A stretch of 64,000 nt of DNA from an uncultured delta proteobacterium (lineage in GTDB: Bacteria; Desulfobacterota; BSN033; UBA1163), in contig CAWHBU010000003.1 of NCBI GenBank assembly GCA_963827685.1, positions 608,001 through 672,000 of the forward strand, in the 5' to 3' direction. Position 1 is the stretch's first letter; each line of letters begins with the position of its first letter. Positions 51,814-61,153 of the stretch are shown piece by piece. The notes under the pieces were generated by a model, which was not told the origin of the DNA, ran no database searches, and was given only the letters and a program-made list of their open reading frames with translations. Made by a program: the position numbers and the translations under genes.

Positions 51814-52782
51814 TTAATGGAAGAAATTCTTCAAATCTTCTTCCGTCGGATAACAATCCCTCCCATATCCCATCACACTCCCCGCCGCAACAGTGGTTGC
51901 GAAGAGAGCGCTTTCCTCCAAAGACCTCCCCAAAAAGAGACCTGCCAAGAATCCGGCATTGTAAACATCACCGGCCCCGGTATTATCTACCACTTCCACC
52001 TGGACAGCCGGCACTTCAAAATCCCTCTGCTCGGTAAATACATGGGACCCTTGACTGCCCCGTTTGCAAATGACGACAGACGGTCCAGCCTTTATTAATG
52101 ATTTGATCCCCGTATGAAGATCCTGATGGGTCAATACCCACACTTCCCTCTCTGTGAGGAAGAGGAGATGACATCGCTTGATGAGAGGACGAATTTCATT
52201 CAATCCTTTCTTGGCATAAATTTCTCCTGGGTCCATGGACACTTTCACTGATGAGCCAAGATGATTCAACAAAACCTTTTGAGCTTCGAAAGGAGATTCT
52301 CCAATAAAGGAAGTAAGGTGTACCCAAGAAATATCTTTAATCGCATCAAAATTGATCTCTTCGGCTGTCAGAGTGCTGTTGGCATTGCCCCGGACGAAAA
52401 GGAATCGATCCTGGTGACGATCCAAAATTACCAAACAGACACCACTCTTCTGCCCCCGGCGTATCGTGTCAATCTGGGCAGGTTTCAAATTTTCTAGAAG
52501 AAAATCTCCTTCTTCATCTTCCCCGACCTTTCCAATAAATTTTGTCGGAAATCCCATACGGGCCAAGGCAACGATTGTATTGGCCGCCGAGCCACCTCCG
52601 CTCTTTGACTTCATGGTTCCAAATTGCTTTAACTGATCTAAAAGGGAATCGAACTCTTCATCAGAACCAAAACCCTCCTTCCCCGGTTCCAGACGAGACC
52701 TCTTTGAGGAGATCGATTTCAAATCCCTCACTTCAAAAATCAGATCCAGGTTGAGAGCTCCAAACCCGACAACGGGTTTCAT
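51814..52782 (-). CDS. PfkB-family carbohydrate/nucleoside kinase
   Basis: GGSAANT, DNTGAGD. Confidence 0.92.
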   Translation of the reverse strand: MKPVVGFGALNLDLIFEVRDLKSISSKRSRLEPGKEGFGSDEEFDSLLDQLKQFGTMKSKSGGGSAANTIVALARMGFPTKFIGKVGEDEEGDFLLENLKPAQIDTIRRGQKSGVCLVILDRHQDRFLFVRGNANSTLTAEEINFDAIKDISWVHLTSFIGESPFEAQKVLLNHLGSSVKVSMDPGEIYAKKGLNEIRPLIKRCHLLFLTEREVWVLTHQDLHTGIKSLIKAGPSVVICKRGSQGSHVFTEQRDFEVPAVQVEVVDNTGAGDVYNAGFLAGLFLGRSLEESALFATTVAAGSVMGYGRDCYPTEEDLKNFFH

Positions 52783-52843
52783 TTTCTTGAATATAATTTA
52801 GAATTGAAAGACTAAGCAATTATAGTGAATGCCAAAAGACAGT

Positions 52844-52954
52844 TGTCATTGCGAGGAATCCTGCTTTGGCGGGACGACGTGCCTGCGCGCTGAAGCGCTA
52901 CGGCGCGCAAGCGTGGCAATCTCAAGAGATTGCTTCACTTCGTTCGCAATGACA
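52844..52954. repeat. TGTCATTGCGA...TCGCAATGACA palindromic element (RPE-like) with nested GC-rich hairpins
   Basis: 11-bp terminal inverted repeat, internal GCAATCTC/GAGATTGC stem, and an insert at 52882-52911 flanked by CGTG. Confidence 0.8.
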
Positions 52955-53207
52955 CCTTATGCCTGCGAACTTACCTACGAGGTCTACTGTAACAATTCCG
53001 ATCCCCTAAATCTGTAATCCCTTAATCCCTAAATTATCTTCGTTTTACAAATAGAACATATTGGTTTAAAATTCAACATCAAAGTCTCTTCCTCTTTTTT
53101 CGTCCCTTCGACCCACTCCGCCTGTGGCGGGCAGGTGCCAAGCAGGGACAATTGGGGGAGGATGGGAGGAAGGGGTTGTATCATAAAAATTCAAGGGAGG
53201 AGCATGG

Positions 53208-53768
53208 ATGGATCTGTTGTCGCGAATTGAGAGAGAAAAAGCAGTTCTTGTAATTGTCGATGTTCAGGATGTCTTGATGAGGAAGATGAATCAAGAGGTA
53301 GGGGAAAAGCTGATCCGAAATATTCGGATTCTTCTCGCCTTCGCAAAAGACATGGCCATCCCCATTATGATCACGGAACAGTATCCCAAGGGATTAGGCA
53401 AGACGGTCCCTGAAATCAGAATGGGACTGGGGTCCATCCTTCCCATTGAAAAGGTCTCCTTCAGTTGCTGCGGTGTGGAGACCTTCAATAATAAATTGAA
53501 TCAATTTGGAAGGAAGCAGGTCATTCTTACTGGGATCGAAACCCATGTGTGTGTTCTGCAGACAGCCGACGATCTGATACAGAAAGGCTATGAAGTCTAT
53601 GTGGTGGCCGATGCCGTCTGTTCAAGGAGAAAATTGGATTGGGAGATTGGTCTAAGATGGATGGAAAAAAAAGGGGCGATGATCTCGACCACCGAGATCA
53701 TCGCCTTTCGACTATTGAAGGAGGCTGGGACTGAAGAGTTTAGGGGGTTGTCAAAATTATTAAAATAA
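53208..53768 (+). CDS. Isochorismatase-family hydrolase
   Basis: IVDVQ, TEQYPKGLG, GIETHVCV. Confidence 0.9.
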   Translation: MDLLSRIEREKAVLVIVDVQDVLMRKMNQEVGEKLIRNIRILLAFAKDMAIPIMITEQYPKGLGKTVPEIRMGLGSILPIEKVSFSCCGVETFNNKLNQFGRKQVILTGIETHVCVLQTADDLIQKGYEVYVVADAVCSRRKLDWEIGLRWMEKKGAMISTTEIIAFRLLKEAGTEEFRGLSKLLK

Positions 53769-53787
53769 GCAAAACACTTTAAATCCC

Positions 53788-53937
53788 TTAAATCCAATGA
53801 AACAGTTTGGCGAAGAAATAGGGGACGAAGAACGCATTGGTAAAGACCAATGTCCAAAGGACTACTCTTTCAAAACTAATCTCGATTTTTCTTCCCTCTT
53901 CTGTTTCCTGAATCCCCAATATTTCTTTACCACTCAT
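53788..53937 (-). CDS. Putative 49-aa small membrane protein
   Basis: Manual translation: MSGKEILGIQETEEGRKIEISFERVVLWTLVFTNAFFVPYFFAKLFHWI. Confidence 0.45.
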   Translation of the reverse strand: MSGKEILGIQETEEGRKIEISFERVVLWTLVFTNAFFVPYFFAKLFHWI

Positions 53938-54000
53938 CTTTCATCCCGTCGACAATTTTGTAAAAAAAGAGCAAATTTGTGAAGTTACTGAAGTAATTTA

Positions 54001-54111
54001 CTAATCTTCAAATCGGTTTTTCACTATTTTTAAAAACGCAAAACCCCCGAAAATGATTAGGCAAATTATAAATAAATTGGATAGGGCAAATTCTCTTATT
54101 GTCGAACTCAT
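54001..54111 (-). CDS. Putative 36-aa small membrane protein
   Basis: AAGGAG RBS, then MSSTIREFALSNLFIICLIIFGGFAFLKIVKNRFED. Confidence 0.55.
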   Translation of the reverse strand: MSSTIREFALSNLFIICLIIFGGFAFLKIVKNRFED

Positions 54112-54144
54112 TACCCACTCCTTTTAGTATCTGTAAGAACATAG

Positions 54145-54161
54145 AGCAAGTCTTGTGCCAA
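54145..54161 (-). promoter_or_regulatory. Sigma54 (-24/-12) promoter
   Basis: TTGGCAC-AAGAC-TTGCT, matching the TGGCAC-N5-TTGCW consensus. Confidence 0.7.
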
Positions 54162-54484
54162 TGACTGGACAGAAAGGGAGTCAATTGAAATTTAAATAGA
54201 ATTTGATATTAGAGGGACTTAATGATAGATTTACTGCAAGGCATAAAATGTCATATGTCTGTAGAAATTTATTTAGCCCCTAGAATCTGATTAAAATGAT
54301 TAAAAACCGAATCCAGCTATGAAACGGTATCTTGGGTTTAAGAAACGATAATCTGAAACCCGTTGTGGTCTTCGCCCTACATTCCGCAATCCCTGCCTGT
54401 GCCTGCCTTTGGTGGGCAGGGGGGCAGACGAATTCCTCATTTATTTTGATATCCACTCCAAGCTTGGTGTTAATCAATCCGGAC

Positions 54485-57172
54485 TTACTTGTCCAGTACT
54501 TCCCTAACTTTTCTCGCCAACCCTTCCACTGTAAATGGCTTCTGAATAAACTTCATCCCTCCTCCTAAAACACCGTGATGGACGATTGCATTGCCTGTAT
54601 AGCCCGACATATAGAGCACTTTTATCTCCGGACGAATTTCTGCTATACGATCCGCCATTTCACAACCGCTTATCTTAGGCATCACCACATCGGTCACCAA
54701 AAGATGGATAAGGTCTTCATATTCCTCAACGATAAGGAAAGCATCCAATCCTTGCGATGCCTCTAAAACTTTATACCCTTGTTTTTCTAAGATTCGAACA
54801 GCCAGCTTACGAACCTTCTCTTCATCCTCGACGATGAGAATCGTCTCCGTGCCACGAGGGATTTCCTTGACCTCCACCCTCTCCCCCAATTCCTCAAAAG
54901 GTTCATCCACAATAGGAAGGTGGATTTTAAATGTAGTGCCTTTGCCAGGTTCGCTGTAAACCCAGATGTTTCCGCCGCTTTGCTTCACAATCCCATAAAC
55001 TGTCGACAAACCCAATCCCGTCCCTTCACCCTCCTCTTTGGTCGTAAAAAAAGGCTCGAAGACACGATCCCTCAACTCCGAGGTCATCCCCGCTCCGGTA
55101 TCACTCACCGAAAGCATCGCATAACGACCTGGTTTCACGGCAATATGATTCCGAGCATATTTTCCATCCAATCCTACATTAACCGTTTCTATAATAAGCT
55201 TTCCTCCTTGAGGCATCGCATCTCTGGCATTGACCGAAAGATTCATGACCACCTGTTCGATTTGGCCTGGGTCTGCTTTTACCCTTCCTAAATCCTCTGC
55301 CAATATAGTAACCAGCTCAATATCCTCACCAATGACCCGGCGAAGCATCTTGTCAAGATTTCTTAATATGGTGTTGAGATCTAATACCTTCATCTTCATG
55401 ATTTGACGACGGCTGAAAGCTAAAAGCTGGTGGGTTAGATCTGCTGCTTTGTCTGCAGCCCTTCTGATTTCCTCGATATTTAATTTTAATGGGCCATCTT
55501 CTTTTATCTCTTGGAGGGAGAGTTGGCTATAGCCTTTGATGACGGTTAATAGGTTATTGAAATCGTGGGCAACACCACCTGCCAGTTGTCCAATGGCTTC
55601 CATCTTCTGAGACTGGCGAAGCTGCTCTTGAAGGATCGCCATCTCTTTATCCGCCTGCGTGCGCTCGGTGACATCCCGGACAATGCCTCTAAACCCTATC
55701 CGGTTACCTGATGAATCCTTCATCAAGGATACAGAAGCATCAATGCATCTTTTTGTCCCATCTTTTCTTATAATCTCCCAATCGAATCCTTTGGTGGGTT
55801 CTCCCGTTCTATAGACTTTGTTAAAGGTTTGAAACAATTTCTTCGCATTCTCTTGATCCGTGTACTGCCGATCATCCATGCCCATCAATTCCTCTCTGGG
55901 ATATCCATATATTCGGCAGAATGAATCATTGAAGAAGGTAAGATTACCGGCAATGTCAACCTCATAATAGCCGTCCTCGATGTTTTCAAGAATGGTTCGA
56001 TATTTCTCCTCACTACTTCTTAACGCTTCTTCTGCCTGTTTACGCTCCGTAATGTCCTGAATGGTAGCTCGGAGGCCTTTGATGCCGCCCTTTTCATCCC
56101 GAAGGAGCCGATCCTCAATTATGGCTGGGAAGGTTGTCCCATCTTTTCGTCGGTAGGTTCGCTCAAGACCTCGAGCAGGGGGCATGGCACCAGATAACTT
56201 AGCTAATATCTGTTGACGGGCTACTTCTCCTTCAACAATGAACTCCCAGACAGGCTTACCAACCATATCATCGAGAGTGTAGCCCAGCATTTCTATCTCT
56301 GTGCGATTGACGTTGGTGATGCGTCCCTCAGTATTGTATTCGAAGTATCCAACTGGTGCATTGTCATAAAGTTCTCTGAATCTTTCTTCACTTTCCCGCA
56401 ACGCTACTTCTATTCGCTTCCGCTCGGTAATGTCGCGGGCAATGCCTAACATACCGATCATAGAGCCATTCTTGGTATGAGGGGTAGCCATGAATTCAGT
56501 CACCAGATAATCACCCGATTTCCTGAGAACCCTCAATTGGAAAGGCGCGATCTTTTCCCCTTTCATGATACGCTGGAAGAATTCCAGACCTCGGGACAAA
56601 TCGTCAGGATGGAGTATGGAGGTAAAATGTTTGTACAACCAGTCAAATCCAGGCCACCCGGTAATTCTCTCAAAGGCGGGGTTGAGAGAGGTGATCTTTC
56701 CGTCGGGAGCTAAGGTAAAGATGACGTCGGGTGCATTTTCAACAAGATTTCGGAAACGTTGTTCCGAATCAAGCAACGCCTCCTCCGCCCTCTTACGCTC
56801 GATGGCATAATGGATCGCGCGGATTAGTAGATTGCTATCTATTTGATTCTTTACGAGATAGTCCTGAGCCCCTCCCCCGACCGCTCTCAGGGCAAGGGTG
56901 TCATTGGCAAGACCTGTTAGCACAACAATTGGGATCTGCGGTGCCTGGTCATGTATCTTTTTGAAAGTATCGATTCCCTGGTTGCCAGGGAATCCAAGAT
57001 CCACAAGGAGCCCATCAAAAGTTCCTTCTTTTAGGTATGCCAACCCGCTCGAAAGCTCTTTGGCCCACTTCAGTTCGACGTTGGCCCTCGACTCTTTAAA
57101 CATCTCTTGGATGAGCCTGAAGTCACCTGGATTATCCTCAATGAACAATACTTGAAGAGGCTTTTCTCCCAT
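54485..57172 (-). CDS. Hybrid sensor kinase REC-PAS-PAS-PAS-HisKA-HATPase-REC
   Basis: LAGGVAHDFNN, NARDAM, DTGAG, FFTTK, GTGLGL. Start likely ATG 57172. Confidence 0.92.
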   Translation of the reverse strand: MGEKPLQVLFIEDNPGDFRLIQEMFKESRANVELKWAKELSSGLAYLKEGTFDGLLVDLGFPGNQGIDTFKKIHDQAPQIPIVVLTGLANDTLALRAVGGGAQDYLVKNQIDSNLLIRAIHYAIERKRAEEALLDSEQRFRNLVENAPDVIFTLAPDGKITSLNPAFERITGWPGFDWLYKHFTSILHPDDLSRGLEFFQRIMKGEKIAPFQLRVLRKSGDYLVTEFMATPHTKNGSMIGMLGIARDITERKRIEVALRESEERFRELYDNAPVGYFEYNTEGRITNVNRTEIEMLGYTLDDMVGKPVWEFIVEGEVARQQILAKLSGAMPPARGLERTYRRKDGTTFPAIIEDRLLRDEKGGIKGLRATIQDITERKQAEEALRSSEEKYRTILENIEDGYYEVDIAGNLTFFNDSFCRIYGYPREELMGMDDRQYTDQENAKKLFQTFNKVYRTGEPTKGFDWEIIRKDGTKRCIDASVSLMKDSSGNRIGFRGIVRDVTERTQADKEMAILQEQLRQSQKMEAIGQLAGGVAHDFNNLLTVIKGYSQLSLQEIKEDGPLKLNIEEIRRAADKAADLTHQLLAFSRRQIMKMKVLDLNTILRNLDKMLRRVIGEDIELVTILAEDLGRVKADPGQIEQVVMNLSVNARDAMPQGGKLIIETVNVGLDGKYARNHIAVKPGRYAMLSVSDTGAGMTSELRDRVFEPFFTTKEEGEGTGLGLSTVYGIVKQSGGNIWVYSEPGKGTTFKIHLPIVDEPFEELGERVEVKEIPRGTETILIVEDEEKVRKLAVRILEKQGYKVLEASQGLDAFLIVEEYEDLIHLLVTDVVMPKISGCEMADRIAEIRPEIKVLYMSGYTGNAIVHHGVLGGGMKFIQKPFTVEGLARKVREVLDK

Positions 57173-57346
57173 CTTATTTACTCCGGTGGTAGTTTTACAA
57201 TGCTCAACCAAAAATCCTCGATCGATTTTATGACTGTGGCATATTGATCTAAATCTCCGGAATATCACCCCCAGAGGCAAATCCCGTGGAAGTGATGACT
57301 CCCATGATGATCACACATATCCATCGACACATCGCCTCTCACCTCC

Positions 57347-58441
57347 TCAAGAGCATTGCAGACTGCTATTGGATCTCTTTCTATTTTCTTTCCCAGAAAT
57401 GAGTAAAGCTTTATGCCTAATTTTATCCTGATACATGTTGGCGTCCGCCTGGTTCAGGGCATCGATCAAACTGGTTCCGTCCCGCCTGCATGCATATCCA
57501 AAGGCGAGATTCAATGTTAGGCCTTGGTCAGAGTTATGCGCATTCCATTCATTTACCGCCTTCCGCAGGGTATCCGTGACGGAGGAAGCTCCCTTTTCGG
57601 TCGTCTCAGGTAAGAGGATCACGAATTCGTCCCCACCATATCTGGCTACAATGTCCGAAGTCCTACAGGTATTTCGAAGTAACCTGGCAGTTTCTTCAAC
57701 GACAAGATCCCCTTTAAGATGTCCGAAATGGTCGTTGATATATTTCAGGTCATCGATGTCCACCATTAGGATGGCAAGGGAGCGTTTATATCGCTGGTAT
57801 CTGATCTCCTCCCTTGCTAAAATTTCATCAAAGTAGGTACGGTTGTAGAGCCCTGTAAGCTTATCAGTAATGGACAGCTTCGCCAGTTTCGTGTTCTTCC
57901 TCCTGAGTCTTTCCAGCAATTGCATCTGCCTCAGGAAAGCATTCTGTTTTGTAAAAGCTGTGCCTACAACGTTTAATAATCCTTTGTTGCTAAAAGGCTT
58001 AGTGAGATAGCTGAACGCCCCGTTATTGAGGGCTGTAACGGCTGTTTCCGTCTCAGGAAACGCGGTGAGGATGATAACCACCGTATGGGGGGAAATCTTC
58101 TTGGCCCTCTCCAACAGCTCGATGCCGCTCCTATCCGGCAGTCTCATATCAGTAATCATCAGCTCATAGCGAGTGTTTCTTATCTTTTCTATCGCTTCGG
58201 AGACTGTGAAGGTCATATCCGCCAGATATCCATTGTCCCGGAGGACTTGTGCAAGAATCTCACATAGATCTTCTTCATCGTCCACGATTAATATTTTAGC
58301 TTTTTTGCAATTTGGTCTTCCGGTTGGCCTCTCGGTATGAACCGTCGATTGTAGAAATAACGCTTTTTGCCTCCCGTTCACCTCAATATCTTTCTGGGTA
58401 GATATATTAGTTCCCATTCTTTCTCCTCCAACCTCATCCAC
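57347..58441 (-). CDS. Response-regulator diguanylate cyclase (REC-GGDEF)
   Basis: DKLTGLYNR, RTSD I-site, RYGGDEF. Start may be 58417. Confidence 0.92.
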   Translation of the reverse strand: MDEVGGERMGTNISTQKDIEVNGRQKALFLQSTVHTERPTGRPNCKKAKILIVDDEEDLCEILAQVLRDNGYLADMTFTVSEAIEKIRNTRYELMITDMRLPDRSGIELLERAKKISPHTVVIILTAFPETETAVTALNNGAFSYLTKPFSNKGLLNVVGTAFTKQNAFLRQMQLLERLRRKNTKLAKLSITDKLTGLYNRTYFDEILAREEIRYQRYKRSLAILMVDIDDLKYINDHFGHLKGDLVVEETARLLRNTCRTSDIVARYGGDEFVILLPETTEKGASSVTDTLRKAVNEWNAHNSDQGLTLNLAFGYACRRDGTSLIDALNQADANMYQDKIRHKALLISGKENRKRSNSSLQCS

Positions 58442-58501
58442 GGATTGTTACCTACCGCTTGCTACCGATGAAGAATTTGGTCAGTTCAACTATGACAATA
58501 G

Positions 58502-58807
58502 CTATTCCGCTTTCACTCTCATCTCTAATTGATCCAGTCTTTCTTTGAGGATTTTGTTTTCTTTCTCTATTTCTGTCTCTTTTGCTTTTGAGGAAAGGTA
58601 GGAATCGCTCTGCCACCAATTTATCCCCATCTCCATAGCCTTATCCACAGAGGCAACCAAAAGCCTTATCTTTATAGTGAGAAGGTCGATATCAGCAATT
58701 TGAATCTTAATATCTCCCGCAATCACAATCCCCTTATCCAAAACTCTCTCTAATATGTCGGCGAGATTAGTAGCTTCCGTGGCATGCATCAGTTTTTGTG
58801 TAGTCAT
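58502..58807 (-). CDS. gvpJ: Gas vesicle protein, GvpA family (GvpJ-like)
   Basis: LADILERVLDKGIVIAGD...RLLVASVDKAMEMGINWW plus a coiled-coil tail. Confidence 0.8.
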   Translation of the reverse strand: MTTQKLMHATEATNLADILERVLDKGIVIAGDIKIQIADIDLLTIKIRLLVASVDKAMEMGINWWQSDSYLSSKAKETEIEKENKILKERLDQLEMRVKAE

Positions 58808-58853
58808 AACTCTTTCCTCTCTCTTTTTAATACAAACGCATTAAATCAAATTA

Positions 58854-58902
58854 CCCCCCACCCACTCCTCCCCCTCAAGGGGGGAGGGTTAGGGTGGGGG
58901 TG
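58854..58902. repeat. REP-like palindrome
   Basis: CCTCCCCCTCAAGGGGGGAGGG flanked by CCCCCACCC/GGGTGGGGG. Confidence 0.75.
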
Positions 58903-58928
58903 ATGTCATATTATTTGTTGCGTTTGTA

Positions 58929-59198
58929 TTAGTTATGCTTAATTTTTTTGGCCTTTATAATTAAATTCGATGTTTTTTTACGTAAGTTTGTAATGAAATG
59001 GCAATTCTTGCAATCTAATCTTTTGTCATCATAATCCCGACAGGAAAGAAGCACCTCAGCTTTTTTTTGCAATTCCTCAGCAAACTCTGCCTTCTCCAAC
59101 ACTCCTTTGGCCTGATTAATTTTAACTGTGATATCCTTTATCACAGACTCTTGTTTTTGAAATATGGGGCAGCCTATCTTGGATTTATTTTCATCCAC
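58929..59198 (-). CDS. Hypothetical Cys-containing protein within the gvp cluster
   Basis: 89-aa ORF with GCPIF, SC and CKNCH. Confidence 0.6.
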   Translation of the reverse strand: MDENKSKIGCPIFQKQESVIKDITVKINQAKGVLEKAEFAEELQKKAEVLLSCRDYDDKRLDCKNCHFITNLRKKTSNLIIKAKKIKHN

Positions 59199-59220
59199 CT
59201 GAAAATACCTCTTTCGTCTT

Positions 59221-59258
59221 CCCCCTCACCCTAACCCTCTCCCGCAAGGGGAGAGGGG
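59221..59258. repeat. REP-like palindrome
   Basis: CCCCCTCACCCTAACCCTCTCCC-GCAAG-GGGAGAGGG. Confidence 0.8.
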
Positions 59259-59269
59259 ATATCTGAGGA

Positions 59270-59824
59270 TTACATCAGATTCCCCAGAGGACCTAAATCT
59301 AAATTTAACTCTTCATCTTCGATGCCAAAGATTGCCTGGATCTCTTTTATCTTCTTCTTTATCGCCTTGAGACTCAATCCCAATTTTTGAATTTCCACAG
59401 GCGAAAGCACCCCCCTTTTCACCCTTCTGTAAGATTCCTTTTCCAAAAGTTTTCTGATCAGCTCAACCAAAGTTAAAACTAATTTAGCTAAGCCCTGCTC
59501 TGCCTTTTGGGGATTCCCCAAGTCAATAAGTTTAGGAATATTTTCTTCGGCTCTTTTTATCTCCCTTTTTAATTTCTGTATATATTGCATATCTTCTGGG
59601 GAAAATTCCTTATCTGGATTACTGAAATTCTTACCGGATAGCTCTTCTGCCTTAGAAATTGATGTAAGAATGAGTCTTAGACCCAGAAAAACAAGGTCCA
59701 CATCCGCTACCCTTATGACTACATCTCCATTGATGACCGCGCCTTTCTCTAAAACCTTATCCAGAGCATCTACTAAAGTTACATTTTCGTTTTTATTGAT
59801 TGTATGATTTAATAAATGAGACAT
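59270..59824 (-). CDS. gvpK: GvpA-family (GvpS-like) domain fused to GvpK
   Basis: TLVDALDKVLEKGAVINGD, then GLAKLVLTLVELIRKLLE...LNLDLGPLG. Start likely ATG 59824. Confidence 0.82.
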   Translation of the reverse strand: MSHLLNHTINKNENVTLVDALDKVLEKGAVINGDVVIRVADVDLVFLGLRLILTSISKAEELSGKNFSNPDKEFSPEDMQYIQKLKREIKRAEENIPKLIDLGNPQKAEQGLAKLVLTLVELIRKLLEKESYRRVKRGVLSPVEIQKLGLSLKAIKKKIKEIQAIFGIEDEELNLDLGPLGNLM

Positions 59825-59829
59825 ATTTT

Positions 59830-60639
59830 TTAATAAGCGCTGAAATTGTAAGCTGGCCAGGGGCCACTGCACTCAAGACAAAATCCATTCGCTTGAATCT
59901 CTTGATTCAATCTTTGAGCCTCTTTATTAAAATCTTCAATTTTCTCTTCCGGGATTAAATAGGCGACGTTTAAAACCATCGGTTCCTGTCTTCCCGTTAA
60001 CTCTTTTTCCAAAATTTTATTCTTAACTGAGGCTATCGATTGTTTTTCTAAATCCACAAAAAGACCCTCTACGATATTGTTTAATTCTTTGTCGAGCTCT
60101 TCATAAATAGCCTCTTTCAACTCCTCTTCCATAAAAAAGGCTAATCCTTCAGGTAAATGTGCAATTTCCCTCTCTTTCTCTTTTATTGTTTCATTTTTCT
60201 CTTTTATTACTTGCTCAAATTTTCTTCTATCCTTTAGATATACCTTTACAGACCACTCATGTTTTCCTCGAATTCTCTCCAAGGCTTCTCTAATCCTAAG
60301 ATAATTTTTTTCTAATACCTCTTCTAATCTTGCTCTATCATTAAAAATGGTGCCGAATTTCATGGGGATCAGGTCTAAGAGGATAGGGCCCCTTCTCATC
60401 GCTTCCTGAACGACTCTTGCGTGGGTAACAGCCTTCTCCTTAATCCAGTTCAGGTCTTCCTGCGCTTTTCTTTGAATCTCTTCACTGGCGAATGCTTCGA
60501 ATGCCACTTCGCTAACGATTGCCTCTATATCGCGAAAGGGAAGAATAAAGACTTCTCTGTTTCCATCAACACCTTTTGTTGGTGTCGCCAAATAGCCCGG
60601 AGCGCTTTCCCTGAGGCAGTAAAGGTATAATCCCGTCAT
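59830..60639 (-). CDS. GvpL/GvpF family gas vesicle protein
   Basis: LYLYC, IPMKFGT, LNVAYLI, GPWPAYNF. Confidence 0.88.
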   Translation of the reverse strand: MTGLYLYCLRESAPGYLATPTKGVDGNREVFILPFRDIEAIVSEVAFEAFASEEIQRKAQEDLNWIKEKAVTHARVVQEAMRRGPILLDLIPMKFGTIFNDRARLEEVLEKNYLRIREALERIRGKHEWSVKVYLKDRRKFEQVIKEKNETIKEKEREIAHLPEGLAFFMEEELKEAIYEELDKELNNIVEGLFVDLEKQSIASVKNKILEKELTGRQEPMVLNVAYLIPEEKIEDFNKEAQRLNQEIQANGFCLECSGPWPAYNFSAY

Positions 60640-60644
60640 CCTGG

Positions 60645-60908
60645 TTATCTCTTTTCTTCGCCTTTACGTTCGAAGGACTGAACTTCCAAGTGTTCATCCA
60701 GCTTCACGGTGTAGACATTTCGGTCCATGACTCTGGTGGGAAGACCGAGGGCTTTGATAAATGAACTCTCTTCGTAAGCCTCAGCTTCGGCCTCCCAATC
60801 GTCGCCAACCCTTGCGGCTTTAATGACCTTCACATCTTTCACATTGAGGGTCTTTCTTAAAAATTCACTGGAAATTTTTCTGGCCTCTTCTATATTAGCC
60901 ATCTTCAC
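60645..60908 (-). CDS. GvpO/GvpR-like gas vesicle protein
   Basis: DDWEAEAEAYE...YTVKLD...FER pattern and operon context. Confidence 0.6.
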   Translation of the reverse strand: MKMANIEEARKISSEFLRKTLNVKDVKVIKAARVGDDWEAEAEAYEESSFIKALGLPTRVMDRNVYTVKLDEHLEVQSFERKGEEKR

Positions 60909-61153
60909 ACCTCCTCTTTTTCCTCTTCATTAGCGCCTCTTGCGGCATCCAAACGTGCCAAAAGCTCTTTTTCCTGCCGATTATACTCCTCTTCGTTGAT
61001 CTCATCTAATTCGAAACGGAGCCTCAAAGCCATCAGTTTTTCCCGGAGATACGTTTCGTCGGACAATTCCTGCTCGGCCATCTCATGAATTTTCTTAAAG
61101 ATACCCAGGAATCCCTTGACTGGTAGCGCTAACAGATCATCGATCAGAAACAT
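60905..61153 (-). CDS. gvpG: Gas vesicle protein GvpG
   Basis: MFLIDDLLALPVKG...EINEEEY...ELLARL. Confidence 0.85.
   Translation of the reverse strand: MFLIDDLLALPVKGFLGIFKKIHEMAEQELSDETYLREKLMALRLRFELDEINEEEYNRQEKELLARLDAARGANEEEKEEV

Noticed and set aside
58929-59198. CKNCH as a c-type heme site
   Set aside because: No export signal, so heme attachment is unlikely.
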